A stretch of DNA of 64,000 nt, taken from NCBI GenBank assembly GCA_043228905.1, contig JBHGNT010000008.1, positions 2,170,001 to 2,234,000 on the forward strand, read 5' to 3'. Of this stretch, positions 13,029-27,178 are shown piece by piece (the first letter of the stretch is position 1; each line of letters begins with the position of its first letter). The notes below the pieces were generated by a model that searched no databases, was not told where the DNA came from, and saw nothing but the letters and a program-made list of their open reading frames with translations. The translations under genes were made by a program, and so were the position numbers. Source of the stretch: Azolla caroliniana (lineage: Eukaryota > Plantae > Polypodiophyta).

Positions 13029-13106
13029 GCACAGAAGGCAGAGCAAGAAGCAGCTGAGCTCAAAGGATCCATGAGGAAACGTATGGAGTTCCTTGATTTG
13101 GACTGA
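13029..13106 (+). CDS. Probable terminal coding exon of an unidentified gene whose upstream part lies in or beyond the gap
   Basis: Acceptor tttacag followed by AQKAEQEAAELKGSMRKRMEFLDLD*, then UTR-like sequence. Family not recognised. Confidence 0.55.
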   Translation, partial: AQKAEQEAAELKGSMRKRMEFLDLD

Positions 13107-14269
13107 CTTTTATGATTATCTGATGGGCAAGAGTTTCTTGCATGTGATATAACAGAGTGATAGCATCACGTCATTTGTCAGTGGGGATCATTTTAAAGCC
13201 TTCTGGCAAACGTGGCTTTAGTGCATATGGTTCATGATGCAATGGTGGACAGTGCTTGTTTCCACTCACTTGTTTGGAGTTCTTTACAATGATGATAGCA
13301 GGGTAATCTCTGTCAATCTCATGTGATAGTAGCAAATCCCACTTTTTTTGCGGATAAAGCTTTCAACAATCTGAGGTATTTAGGTGCCCTTTAGATGAAT
13401 TCCTTCATTCAACGTAAAATCATCTCTCTATTTGACAGTTCACAACATCATTGAAATACATTGTATTATTCTTTCTATTTTTAGCATTCTGGAATTCTTC
13501 GTATATTAATAAGAGGGCCATAATAAGCCATCTTATGCTTTCTGACTTTGAACCCTTTTATAATTAATAGATCCATAATTTTCCAGTACATAATATAAAG
13601 AAGTTTGTAATTCCTGTAAGGACTTCAATTGTTATTTGTATTTGCTCTAGGTTTTATGATAAATGTTGTATATATTGAGTATTTGGTGTCTTAATGCTGT
13701 GAACAACTGATGATCACTTTTGTTGAACATGAGAAAAACATTATAGGAGTCAGGACAGGTAGTCACACAGAAATTGCAGCACCAATTTCATATTTTGCAT
13801 CAGAAAAAAATTAAAATCTAGTGCCATGGCTAACTAAACAACAGACAAATATAGTGATAACCATAACTCCATTTTTTTTTATCACTTCAGTGGATCAAAT
13901 AGGAATGCAACGATATTATATAAGTAACCTCAATAATATGACGCTATGGTGATATAGATTTGGATGTTGCAACTCTTGATCTAAGCTTCAAGAATATAAT
14001 GTTCATATTTTATGTTGATTTTTGCAAATTATACGCACCATAGTTGCCAAGAAGACCTGAATCTTATTTAGCATTGTTTTACTATGAATTATTTAGCATT
14101 ATTTTATCAGGAATTATTTAGCATTGTTTTATGTATTATGATTTATAAGAGGTTTTATGAGTAGATACATGCATACTGTGTTGATTACAGTAACAATATA
14201 CACAAGTGTATAAAGCTTTCAACAAGGTACAACAATGGACACCATTAAACTTTTTTGTTTTCATTATCT

Positions 14270-14812
14270 TTTGTTTCAGTTTGAATGCTGCCTTCCTACC
14301 GTTTGGACAATATAACTTTGTGCAGCAATCTCTACTAATTTTAGAATGATTACAAGGTCACATGAAATATTTGCTTTCCATACAAGATGCCCAAACAAAC
14401 CCAATACACAAAAAAGAGATCTTACCGATAACATAAGTAATTCTTGGCTTATAACTCTTTGAAACAAAACAAATACACTAATTTCCACACCTTAATATAC
14501 AAGAACACAGTTCCTCTAGCTCAGGGTTTACCATATACCATGTTTTTCATATCCTTTATTTCAGTTTTAAAGCTGCCTCAAAACTATTTGGACAATGTAA
14601 CTAAAGCTTGTGCAGCATTCTCTAATTTTAGAATGATTACAAGGTCTCATAAATATTTCCCTTCCATAAAAGATGCACATACATACCCATTGCACAATGG
14701 TGAGATCCTACTGATCAAATAAATAATTCTTGGCATGTGACTTTTTAAATCATAAGAAATATGCTATTTCCCACACCTTAATATACAAGAACATAGTTCC
14801 TCTAGCTCAGCA
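14270..14812. repeat. Diverged tandem duplication, ~290-bp unit x2, downstream of GSA
   Basis: tttggacaat..tgtgcagca..ctaattttagaatgattacaagg and ccacaccttaatatacaagaaca..gttcctctagctcag each occur twice. Confidence 0.8.
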
Positions 14813-15014
14813 TTTATGAAGATTACAGTATAATTATTACTCAACAAAATTGAATCACAAACTAGCCTACCCAGATTGAAGGCATGAATTACAAAATCCC
14901 AATACGCACTGACCAACATAACAAATAGATTCTAACGCATTTCTTTGGAGGTCAGCGGTAAATGCCCAATTGTCAATGTTCTATGGCTATGAAACCGAGA
15001 TAATTATGGGAAAA

Positions 15015-18000
15015 TCAAATACTCCTGAAGACTTCCTTGGCAGCAGTGAGGGTAAGATTAATGTCATCCTCGGTATGTGCAAGACTAGTGAAACCAGCCT
15101 CATATTGAGAAGGTGCTAAATACACTCCTCTCTCGAGCATTCCTCTATGAAACCTCGCAAACTTCTCTGTATCACTTTTCTTCGCATCCGCGAAGTTATA
15201 CACAGGTCCTGAGGTGAAAAAGAAGCCAAACATTCCCCTAATGTGACCTCCACAAATCTCATGTCCAGCATCACGTCCCGCTTCAACAAGTCCCGTAGCA
15301 AGCTTTCCAGTGATATCATCAAGGTACTCATATGTACCTTTCTTTTGAAGACGCTTTAGTGTCATTATTCCAGCAGTCATAGCTAAAGGGTTTCCACTCA
15401 AAGTGCCAGCTTGATACATAGGTCCTGCTGGAGCAACCAGTTGCATTATATCCTTTCTTCCACCATAAGCACCAACTGGCAATCCTCCGCCGATGATCTT
15501 TCCAAGTGTTGTAAGATCAGGAGCAATGCCGAAATACTCTTGTGCCCCACCATAAGAGAGCCTAAACCCTGTCATCACTTCATCAAACACCAAAAGAGCT
15601 CCATTTTCCTTCGTAAGCTCACGAAGTCCTTCCAGAAACTCCTTCTTGGGGACAATAAAGCCTGAGTTCCCCACCACAGGTTCCAGCACAACCGCAGCAA
15701 TCTCACCTTTATTCTTAGCAAAAATTTCTTTAACTTCATCTAAGTCATTATACGAGGCAGTTAATGTGGCAGCAGTGGCCCCTTTCGGGACACCAGGAGA
15801 GTCAGGAAGGCCAAGAGTAGCTACTCCACTCCCTGCCTTTACGAGGAAAGAATCAGCATGACCATGGTAGCAACCTTCAAATTTGATAATTTTCTCACGT
15901 CCAGTATAAGCTCGAGCTAATCTAAGCATACCCATGCATGCTTCTGTTCCAGAATTCACAAACCTCACCATCTCAATGCTTGGGACAGCATCAATCACCA
16001 TCTCTGCAAGTTGGTTCTCTAACACACATGGTGCACCGAAACTCGTGCCTTTCTTCAAGGCTTCCACTAGTGCTGCATTCACCTATTCAAGGTTTTCATT
16101 AATGTAAATCTTTCTTTCTTCTATCAGTCAAGGTTTTTATTAATGTAAGGCATGAAATTCAAAGTGTTCAATGCCTAGAGTCCACAACTCTAGACACAAA
16201 CTAACCTTATGCCCATATCCTAAATCCTAAACCAAAAACCCTAAAGTATAAACCCCCCACACAAATATATGCCTATTCAAATCTCTTTCTTTTCTTCAGT
16301 CAGTCAAGGTTTTATAAAGATAAAACCTTGGCACAAACTAATCTTACGCCCATATCCTAAATCCTAAACCAAAAACCCTAAACTATAAACCCTCCACAAA
16401 ATATATGCCTATTCAAATCCCTTTCTTTTCTTCAGTTAAAGTTTTAAAAAGACAAAATTCATGTTTGAATGCCCAAATTCTCAAATCCTAAATCCCAGAC
16501 AAAATATCTCAAAATCTAAGTAAAGAAACATATCATTATCTACATGACAAACCATAATGGCACTCGATGTACCCACACACAGTCTTTCTCCCAAAACCCT
16601 AAAATCGAAAGCCAATAATGTTAAAGCAGAAATCTAGAACCATAAAACTCTAAACGCTTTTGAAACCTTACACCCTAAACCATAGTTTCAAAATAAAACC
16701 AAACCTTAAACCTTAAATCATAAACTTTAAAGTCAAGTAATAGGAAACCCTAAGCTTTTTAAAGCCAAATACTATGAAAGTTCTGAGCTTTAATAAACCG
16801 AAATTCTAATGAAACGTAGCATAGCGCTCCATGTAACTCCATGACCTGTCCACCTAAACCCTAAACCCTCAACTCTAATCTCTAAATGCTCCTGAAACCT
16901 GCAACCTTTAACCATGTCTCTAAGTAAATAAAAAACTTTAGAAACTCAAAGCTACTATTTGAGGACAAATAATACGATCCTAACCCTTATATAAACGATA
17001 AGTGTATCTTACCGTCTGCATGAACAGTGATTGCAGATCCCCAAGCCACCACATACGTTATCTACTAAAAACCGAAGAAACTAAAACCCTACATATTAAA
17101 GCAGAAACCCTAAAACCGAAATACTAAACCTTAAACCCTTCATTCCTAAACTCTAGATACTAAATTTTAAAGCATTATATGACAGCATTAAACACGGAAA
17201 CTTACATCCTAAGAATCTTAAAATCATAATGCTAATGAAAGGTAAAGAAGTACCTCATCGTCTGCATGGCCAATGATTGCGGGGCCCCATGTACCCACAT
17301 AGTCTATATATTCATTCCCATCCACATCCCATGCCCGAGATCCTTTTACTCTATCAAAAACTATGGGCTGCCCTCCAACTGATTTGAATGCCCTCACAGG
17401 TGAATTTACACCACCAGGCATTAGTTCCTGTATAAACCAATCATTAAAGCAATGAATAAATCTGGACCCGACATACAGATCATTTTTCGTACATATTGTG
17501 AAGCTCAAAGCAATAATAAAGAACTTCTCTCCATAGATAAGAAGGAGAACCCATTAGTTCATTCTCATGGATCCCTTCTTCTACATTATGGATATAAAAG
17601 GAAAGAGTTAAAACACTCTTCTTCTCCATAGATAAGATGAAGTAACTATTATTTGACACTCACAGAGCCAAAAACCCTTCTGTGCTGTGGAATCAAAGGA
17701 AGAGTAAAACAGTTATCTCCACAGCATGGAAGAATTCATAAGATACATCCTTTTTGACATTATGAGATTGAAGGAAAAGTGTAATAACTTCTCGTAGATC
17801 CCTTCTTCCCAATTAAAGAATAATAACTTTCTCTGCAGATAATCCATCATCATTTTGTCCGAAACAAATGAATAGAAAGAAAAGAAGTAAAAAAACAAAA
17901 CACGAGTGGATAATTTGTTTACATGAGATCCCATATCGTACATTATGAAGAACTATCAATCAATTTGCAGATAATTTACTCCAAATACTAAGAAAAACAA

Positions 18001-18500
18001 TGAGCGAAATGAAAAATCAAACTATTGAAACATGCTGTGTGAAAAGGAAGATAATTTAGGACTTCAGAAACCATTCCGAAAAACCCTCAATCAATTATCA
18101 AGTCAATTTGCAGATAATTTACTCCAACTAATAAGAAAAACAATGAACGAAATGAAAAAATCAAGCAACAGAAACATACTGTGAGAAAAGGAAGAAAATT
18201 TGGGGCAAAGTAATGGTAGATAGTTACATTGATTTCCCCACATACAAGAAGGGGGGAAATCAGTCATTTGGGAGAAAGGACGGAACACAATGAACTTACC
18301 TTGGCAGCAGTGAAGACCTCTTCAGACTTCTTGGTGACAAATTTCTTCTCAACAGACACAGCCATGCGGGTCTCGAGAGCAGGGCACTGAAGGAAACCCC
18401 TAGAAACAGAGGACGAAGGAGAAGGCTGAAGGAGTTCAGTTCGGCGAGGGCAGAGCCATTCTGAAGCTAGAGCAGAGGTGGAAGCGAAATGGGTCGCCAT
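15015..18500 (-). CDS. GSA: Glutamate-1-semialdehyde 2,1-aminomutase, plastid-targeted; exons 18300-18500, 17254-17427, 15015-16082
   Basis: [44 protein letters not shown] and PLP-lysine [21 protein letters not shown] phase-0 junctions keep the frame; Ser-rich transit peptide in exon 1. Confidence 0.97.
16200..17165. repeat. Degenerate telomere-like (aaccctaa) tract in GSA intron 2, including a ~130-bp duplication
   Basis: Many aaaccctaa/aaaccttaa variants; the ~16190-16310 block is repeated at ~16325-16440. Confidence 0.65.
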
Positions 18501-19215
18501 GGAAACTGCAGAAAGATGGTCCAAAGCACACGGTAAAGCACTCAGAAGGATGACTGTTTCACAGGGCTAAGGGAGGAGAAGAAAGAAAGAAGAACCATAT
18601 CTGCAGTTTTATCCATTCACAAGTCCAATGGAAAAACTAGATGATAGATATAGTCTATACTTATAGATAGAGATAGATGGATTTGTGTTATCTGTATTTG
18701 TTCTGCTTTCACACCTTACTTCATCGTTCTCACCCGATTTACGCCTACCCGTCTCGGCTGCCCATTTGACCCCCCTCTCTCTACCCGCCTGGCTTAATGG
18801 GCAGTCCTATCGTCATCCATTAGGAAATCGATAGAATAATGGCAGGTTATTCCGGTAGACTGTAAGCCGTGATGAATTGAATGGTTTTGTTCCACCATGC
18901 ATGAAAGAGGGTTGTTCTTACTTAATGTTCATCAATTCAGGCACAAGCATATTCATCCAAGCAAAACTACGCTACCCGCCTTGCCGAGACCAATACATTC
19001 ACTTTTCGTCGGGACATTCGTTTTAGGTACGACATGATTAGATATATAATAGGCTAAGTTTTCACATGTGGTGTTTAACAATACACTACATAACCTGCCC
19101 GAATATCGGAGCCCACGCAAAATGAAGTCAATGCTTGACTTGATAACCGAGTGCTGACAACACAAGTACTCGATGTGTCTTGATAACCGAGAGCTAACAA
19201 CATAGGGACTCGACG

Positions 19216-19565
19216 GGAGCTCCTTCATGCTTGTCCTAGCCATAACGAACGAAATCATTTAGTTGGTTTTTTCATAAACCTCCCTGGATGGTTACCTTGA
19301 ACCTCAAAACTCCTTGGCATGAGGCACCCACCATTCTCACTAGTGTAGAAAGAGGGAGCGGAGCTCCTTCATAATTGTCCTAGCCATAACGAACAAAATC
19401 ATTTGGTTTCCGTGAACCTCAAAACTCCTTGGCACAATGCACCCACCATTCTCACTAGTGTAGAAAGAGGGAGGAGCTCCTTCATGATTGTCTTAGCCAT
19501 AACAAACAAAATCATGTGATTGTTTTTTTCATAAACCTCCCTACATGGTTTCCCCTTGAACCTCA
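19216..19565. repeat. Three imperfect tandem copies of a 110-145 bp unit
   Basis: ggagctccttcat..gtc.tagccataac.aac.aaatcat recurs at ~19216, ~19360 and ~19473. Confidence 0.75.
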
Positions 19566-20361
19566 AGAATATATGTTTTGCTAATTGTGATATGAAATTG
19601 GGACAAAGGTCCCACCCATGCTAGGCTAGAATAACACACCTCGAATCAAGACAATAAGAATCATGTGACTAGAATCAGTATATGACTATTGGTTGCAGAC
19701 ATCAAGTCTGGGTCATATCACATGGATGATGATCATTAATTCATGTATGCCATGATTCCAAGGGCATTAGCACAAAATTAACATTAATCACTCTAGTTAA
19801 GAACATTATTAGTGATGTGAGACACTATTTCTTTGTCTTTGCCGCTACTGGCGTCTCTATCCTCTCTAGTTAGTTACTTATCTGGTGGAATACTTATTGG
19901 GTGTGTATAATATCCTCTCTAACACATTTTAACTAAATTTTCTTTATTGCCCAGTAAACTGTTTTGTTTTTAGTGTCTCTTTTCATTCACCTAAGTCCAA
20001 CAAACCACAAGTTCAAATCCAGAAATGAGTACCAATTTGAAAAGAAGAACAAAGCTGGCAAATGTCTGAACCTTTAATTTAATAGCATTCATCAAAACTT
20101 TGAAGATGAACAAGAAGAGTGTCCAGGGGCATCATTACAGATGTATATAGCAGACTCATTTTTTAGATTCAATACTGAAATGAATCAAGCATTTCTTTCC
20201 ACTTCTTCGCTTAAACCCTAGAAGCTTGCAAGCCTCCATTGCTGAGCAAGAAGCTCATGTGCCATGCAAAGCTGTAACCGATAGCATATCACGAAACAAA
20301 ATTGAGTTCACCGAGATTTCGTGAGTTGCAACTTGAATATCCATTGATTTTAGTGTAGTTT

Positions 20362-23300
20362 TTAGCAGAGTAATGCTTTCAATCCTCGTGCTTGCAAATA
20401 GTGTTTCTTCAGCCCTTTTGTGATTTGATGCTTCTTCATGATAGACAATTCCCTTGCATTGGACATGGTAACATCAAACTTTTTGTCGAGTTCACAAGAT
20501 GTTCTCATGGGAGAAGAACATGACATAGCTCGAGGTAATCTATGCGAATGATGCGCAATGCTTCCAGTCCAAAGAAAACGCTCAGAATAAGGACTCATCA
20601 AGCTCTCACAAAATGTTGTTGCTGATTCACATACTAAACCCTACACAGAACAAATAGAGTGAATGAAATCAGAATATTGAATTTGGAAAACAAGATATTA
20701 TGTGAGTATATGTAAAAAGTATTCTGCCCTATGTATAGTTCGCCCATTTCCATCAAATTTAGGCTTGTTCCAATCCAGAATCAAAAGATTGTGGGTATTG
20801 GAACTGTGGCATGGAGTGTCAGAAATCAGAATGTGCCACAAAAAATAATGGCTGTATGCCATATATGCATAAATTGATCTGCCATACACATACATACCTC
20901 TGCCATAGCTTTGATCCTGAGAGCAGTGTCATTGGTCAGCAAAGCAACTTGTCCATTCATGATTGCGGTGGTAAATACAAGAGCACAGTTAAGCACATGA
21001 TCTCCAGTTGTTGGAGACACCACAATATCGTTGAAACAACTTCTATAAGTCGGTGAAGATAAATGAACATGTTGGGCTGATGCAGGGGGTGTTGTGAGTC
21101 TGAGTGGGAGATTCTCCGCTGCATTTTGTACATGGATCCACGATGGAAACTTCACCATGCATGATTCGATCCATCTGAGCACGATATGTGGAGACACGGA
21201 AGCTCTATCTTTCCTTTCGGAAAGCTCCAGCTCTCTAATCACTGATAAAGAAGGGAGCAATGTCATAATAAAATATCATCATAAACATATATATGTTCAA
21301 GGAACAATCAATAAAACAAGGTCTTACCTATTCGAGGTATGATCAATCGGACCTCTTTGATATCCTCGAGAAGCTTCAGACATTCGAATGAAGCAGGATC
21401 AGTCAAACAAGTAGAATCGGCAACGATGTGCCACTCATGATGTGACTCTGTTTTTGCCAGTCCTTTCAGTTTCTGAAGTATGTAATCCAGATTTTGGACC
21501 TAACAAGTATTGAAGATAAAACATTAAGAGAGCTAAGACAAAAGTAAGCATTTCCATATGAACATGAAATCAACGAGAAATCCGTATATATGTAAAAATC
21601 AATGACAATGATTAAGATGATTTTTAAACCACAGCTGATGACCTGAAGATAAAACATTAAGAGAGCTAAGAGAAAACTAAGCATTTCCATATGAACATGA
21701 AATCAACGAGAAATCCTTATATATATATATAAATCAATGACAAAGATTAGGATGATTTTCTAACCATAGCTGATGACCTGAAGATAAAACATTAAGAGAG
21801 CTAAGAGAAAAGTAAGCATTTCCATATGAATATGAAATCAACGAGAAATCCTTATATATATAAAAATCTATGACAAAGATTAATTAGGATGATTTTCTAA
21901 CCACAGCTGATGACCTTCGAGGATGCACTATCGGCTTCATTGCTTCTTCCTCAGAGCTTGTGTAGCATGCAGAAGGAGAAGATGAAGTTAAGCAGAGAGG
22001 TTGGAAAGGGATCCTTTGACAGCCTTGTGATGAACTTCTTTTGAGTAGTGCTCCTGGAGACACTTGTTTTGCACCCTGAGAAAGAATGGGATCTTGATTC
22101 TCCTTATCAGATGGATATATTTCTTCCTCTCCTTCCAAGATGAAATCTTGCAGAGAATTGGATGAACATAATTGGGTGACTTTATCTTTCTGTCCAAGTA
22201 TAATTTGAGGTTTAGGAAGAGTTTCTGCATCAGGTTTAATGGCTGGGCTTCGTTTTCCACCATCTTTCTCCACAAATATGCTTTGAATTTTCAGAACATT
22301 TTCTCCATTGGGTTTAGCGACTTTTCTGTGCTTTTCATTCTCGTTCTCAACTAGCAGAATTTGAGCTTTAGGAGCCTTTTCTGCACTGGATTTGATGGAT
22401 TGATTCTCTTTTTCACTGCCTTTCTTGCTAGATGTAGTTGGAGCTTTATTACCATTCTCTGTATTAGCTTTAATGGCGATATTTTCCTTTTCACTACTTC
22501 CTCCTTTTTCATTGATATGTACTCCTTTCGTCTTACTCGATACGCTCTGCTTGGAGAAAGCCATATCTGATGGGATCACTTTCGCAGAAGCTTGATTGTT
22601 TATTCGCTCTGTCAGAACACTCTGTGACGAGCAAATGATGGGAGAAGGAGCAGAATTACATCTACGAATCAACGGGTTTGAGTCTGAGGCTACGTTTTCA
22701 TCTGCCATATCTCGCTGCTGCTGGAGGCTTCCTTCTACCTTCCTCTCAGAGGTCACATTTCTCTTGTTAATATTAGGCTGAAGAGGTGCGAATGGTGTGC
22801 GTCGTGAAGGAGCAAGGGGAGGCAATTTCTGAGGATTCTTGTTCTGAGGAAGAAGAGATTGTTTCCGAGGATTAGATGTGATTTCGTTGATCTGTTGCTC
22901 AGGAGCCTCCAGATATGTCGATTCTTGTGAGGCTTTATCGCCAATCCTTGCTTCTTCTCGTTTGAATGATGGAGCTTCAATGATCTGATCCATTACCTGA
23001 ACAGAAGGTTCCTGCAAACGTAGAGAGAGTTAGAAAGAGCGAAAGTTCTGCAGAAAATGAGAAGCAGAACGATTAAGATCAAGCATCGGAGAAAAATTAA
23101 AAAGAAATGCAGGGCTTACATAGGGTTGAGTCACATCGTTTTCTTTGTTGCAGGAATCGTTGAGAATGTCCTTGGTCCAGTTCTCAGAGATTTGGGGGGA
23201 TTCGATCTCTGCCAGGATTGAAAGCTTCTCGGAATGGGAGGAATGAATCATCTGCGAAGGATCGTTCGTCTCAGAGATCTGAGGCATCCTTTCGTTTGGG

Positions 23301-24403
23301 AGCTGCCATTGAACCTTGTAGACACGAGAAGAAGCACCTAATCTGATGCCATCTCCTTCTTTGGCGGTGACTGGCATGAGAGGGGCCAGAGGCACTCCAT
23401 TGATCCAAGTTCCATGGACTGCAGTCACAAGATCCGTGATTTGGTTACAGGAAAATCACAAACATATAAGCAATCATGAATGGTGCTCTCTCTCTCTCTC
23501 TCTCTCTCTTTCCCTCTTCATTCTGATTCTCTCTCAGACAAATCGCCATAGCTATGTTCTGTTGGCATGAATCCTCCCTCTGATTATGATGAACGCAATA
23601 ATCCTAGTATCAGAAGCCATAGCTATGTTCTGTTGGCATGAATCCTCCCTCTGATTACGATGGACGCAATAATCCTAGTATCAGAAAATGTCGCAGAATT
23701 GCACTCAGGAAACAAGAAATTATATATAAAGCTTCTGAGATCATTCACAGTTTGTGATGCTCAATAGGAAATGAATATGTTTCCGGTGATTAAAATCGAA
23801 ATCTCTGAACGGAAAAACGGCCATTTTAATGTTTCCCCAATTCTGTTGCCATCGTAAAACCTAAGGGTTCGATGGCGTGCAGGAAATGCCGAGATTGTTT
23901 GAGCGGAAGGAACCTAATTACGCGAGGGAATTAAGAAAATGAATACTTTTACAGGGCAGAAAGTCTCAAACAGGGAAATCGATAGTTTTTTTTCCCAGCT
24001 AGATTTTCGATGGCTACAAGGAAACCGCACAGTTAAAAAAATCTGAAACCCTAATTAAAACCTAAACTTTCCATGGATGGCCTCAATCATTTAGTTTTGG
24101 AAATGGCAAAAAAAAAACAGCAAGAGATCAGAAAACAAAAGAAAGACCTGAGTTTAGGTCCGTAAGAAGGATCTGTCGAGTAGCATGGATTATACGGATC
24201 TGGAGATGATGGCGACTGATGCTAGGGTGAGCCACGAGAATATCGCAGTGGATATGGCGTCCGAGCATGAAGCTCTCACGGCCATCCAATCGGAAAGAGT
24301 CGATCAGGTCCCCATCTTTGAAGACGTTGATAAAAGGCACAGCATGAGGAGGAGGAGGAGGAGGAGGAGGAGGATGCAGGAGCTCCGCCATGGCCATGGC
24401 CAT
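20362..24403 (-). CDS. PS1: FHA + PIN domain protein, PARALLEL SPINDLE 1-like; exons 24148-24403, 23120-23418, 21902-23011, 21328-21499, 20898-21241, 20362-20640
   Basis: N-terminal FHA (LGRHIHCDILVAHPSISRHH, DLNSVHGTWING, RLGASSRVY), a disordered linker with DKENQ motifs, and a C-terminal PIN (WHIVADST, IIPRIVIREL, DHVLNCAL, LLTNDTALRIKAMAEG, PYSERFLW). Splice junctions keep the frame. Confidence 0.88.
21510..21915. repeat. Tandem ~134-bp repeat x3 in PS1 intron 3 that copies the exon-3 end and donor site
   Basis: tgaagataaaacattaagagagctaaga at 21511, 21644 and 21779; cagctgatgacc-type exon-end motif repeated. Confidence 0.88.
23545..23690. repeat. ~70-bp tandem duplication in PS1 intron 1
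   Basis: gccatagctatgttctgttggcatgaatcctccctctgatta...cagaa occurs twice. Confidence 0.85.
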
Positions 24404-24486
24404 GAAATGCAGCTTAGGGTGAGCGAAACAGAAGATCGAGGAGAATGAGGGGCTTTGCAATGACTGCGATCTGTCTGGGCGGGGGA

Positions 24487-24720
24487 GCTAGGTTTTGCGG
24501 GGAATGGAAGGTGAAGAATGATTAGGGTTTGGAAGAGGATGGAGAGGAAGGGGATTATTAGGGTTTTTCCGAGAACTAGGGCTGCAGAAGAGGGGAGGAG
24601 GAGGAGGATTAGGGTTTGTGTGTGTGTGTGTGTGTGCAGAGGATGAAGGAGAGGATTAGGGTTTGCAGAGAGAGGAAGAGGAGGGGGTGTATATTAGGGT
24701 TTGCAGAGAATTAGGGTTTT
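24487..24720 (-). promoter_or_regulatory. Cluster of telo-box (AAACCCTAA) motifs upstream of the PS1 start
   Basis: ttagggttt occurs about six times within ~200 bp upstream of the ATG; telo-boxes are known plant cis-elements. Confidence 0.55.
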
Positions 24721-24809
24721 CAAAAGAATGACCGTTGGGCCACCACCATTCATTCTTCTTTCTTCTTTCTGTTTCTTCTTCATCATGAGCCTCTCCGAAA
24801 ACGCACCGA

Positions 24810-25260
24810 ATTTTATTAATTAATTTAAATTTTGATTATTTAATTTAAATTTGAATTATTTAGTTTTAAGTTTAATTTTTAATTTTTTAAGTTTTTAATT
24901 TTTTATGTTTAATTTTTTATTTTTTAAGTTTTTTATTTTTTATTTTTTATTTTTTATTTTTTATTTTTTATTTTTAATTCTTAATTCTTAATTTTTTAAG
25001 TTTTTAATTTCTTATTTTTAATTTCTTATTTTTTATTTTTTATTTTTTAAGTTTTTAATTTCTTAATTTTAATTTAAGTATTTGGTTTTGTAATTTTAAG
25101 TATTTAGGTTTTAACTTTAATTTTAATTTTAAGTATTTAGGTTTTAACTTTAATTTTAATTTTAAGTATTTAGGTTTTAACTTTAATTTTAATTTTAAGT
25201 ATTTAGGTTTTAACTTTAATTTTAATTTTAAGTATTTAGATTTTAACTTGAATTAATTAA
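24810..25260. repeat. AT-only low-complexity tract including a ~33-bp tandem repeat x4
   Basis: aagtatttaggttttaactttaattttaatttt repeated over ~25098-25245. Confidence 0.85.
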
Positions 25261-26823
25261 TTATACTTTTAATTAATCTAATTAATTTCAATTTCAATTA
25301 TCAAATATTTGGTTTTAATTCCACTTCCGAATAATTAATTAATTATAGCTCTAATTACGTACTTTTGGTTCTAATTAATTCATTTCTGGTTATCTTTAAT
25401 TTGTATATCTATTGTTCTGACAATTTACAAAACTAGCCCATTATTTATCAATAACTATTAACAGTTATGTGGGGCTCTTACTTAACCCAAAGTTCTCACA
25501 TGGCTCAAGGAACTAAGCTCTTCCATCCAACTGGATTAAGAGAAGATTAATGAAGCAGGGTTAGGCTAGAATTGGTGGATTAAGAAGTGATTAATGGAGT
25601 GGAGAATGTCCGCATAAGAGCATGGAAAACGGTCATTAGGGGTCTGGACAATTGAGCATGTGAGCATTTGATTAGTGTCCGATGTTATAGAATGACTCGG
25701 GATCCTGTTTGGATTCTAAAGAAAAACATCAACATATTATATCAATTGTTTCTCGTTAATTACGTATCCATTTCTCGACATATATATGATCATCTCCTTA
25801 GCATTACTAGGGATTCTGCCTAGGCCATTATCTTTTGATGGTATCAGAAGAGTTTTTTTAAGTCACTATTGATAACGAAGTAGAGATAATTGTTAAACAC
25901 TAATATTTTATCGTTAAGTTTAAGTAATGGTCCTAATTAAGCTAGAATGTTGAGAAGATTTATGTAAAGAACCAAGCTCTTGAGAAATTTCCACACGTCT
26001 AATACTTTTTACTCTTGGTAGCAAGCTACATGAATAAAGTGTGATAAAGATTGATTGAAGCCTTAGTTTAAAAGATGTATAAATGCTTATACGATTGGAA
26101 TCCTACACAGAAATTGATTCTTGCTTTAAATAGTTGTTTTTTCAGTGGCAGATATTAGAATATATTTATTTTTAAAGACAATTAAATTGGGATTAAAGAT
26201 CAATCCAAGTAAAAATGAAACTAAAAAAATTCAAATTTTGAATATAAAGTTACTAAATAAGCATATTCCTCGGCTTTTTAGTATGATTGATTGGCATAAC
26301 GATATGATTATGCCTAATTTAAAAGATAATAATAATATAAACAAGAAAAGAAAAGGTTTTAAGTTATTAAACAGAGTTCAAAACATAAACTATAAAAAGG
26401 GGCACTTTTATTTTATTTTTATATTCATTATTATATAACATAACTGATTTTTTATTTTATTTTTCATGAATGGGCACTGGGCACTGCCATGTCTTTCAAC
26501 CTATGTTTTTTTTTCCCAAAACTTTCAACCTATGTTTTATGTTTGTGCTTATATCTGTTAGTCTATCTATTCTCCATAAAATGTTTTGCATCTGATTTTA
26601 TATTAATTGTGTGTTATTTGATTCTCCATGTAATCGAACAAAAATGGGGCAGATTACATTCACGAATTACTCTCATGTGTGGATCTTGGGATCTAACGAA
26701 TCCCATTCATAACCAAAGTAGAATCGAACTTGATGGATTGAGTTCCAAGCCCTATACCGTATTTCTGAACGAACCGGTCGAGAGTATGAACTGAATATTG
26801 CAATTCGACGATGTGAGATAAAT

Positions 26824-27178
26824 TGTTAAAGTGTGTTATTACTTAACTACTTTACATGAAGCAATTAAGCGTGTAAGTGTAGGGCCCGAGGTTTTTGCCT
26901 ATATAAGAAGTCTAGCTACCTTCTTACAGAGCAAGCTTGACCTATGTCGAGTCTAATATCTATGTCAACATAGGCGTGGTTCTTATTGACTAAGCATGTG
27001 CGATAATCCTTGTGGAACCTAAGGTACGACATGTATCAACCAACGCTCAGTGGTATGGGACATTATGGAGATTTGGGCTTGTCTTACGCCATCATTAGGG
27101 GTTGGTCTAGCACACCTCTTTGCCTTCTTTGGTCTATTATTCCTTATATTATGCTCAACTATTAGTTAACCTCGAACA
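26824..27178 (+). mobile_element. Putative solo LTR, TG..CA, ~355 bp
   Basis: TG..CA ends and a tatataag box; diverged homology along its length to the reverse complement of 30936-31236. No TSD seen. Confidence 0.55.

Noticed and set aside
18865-18945. GTGATGA (box C-like) with a weak hairpin upstream of GSA, a possible snoRNA or miRNA
   Set aside because: No terminal CTGA box D, and the pairing is too short and irregular.
25835-25852. PBS-like TGGTATCAGA
   Set aside because: Not preceded by a CA LTR end and not followed by gag-like sequence.
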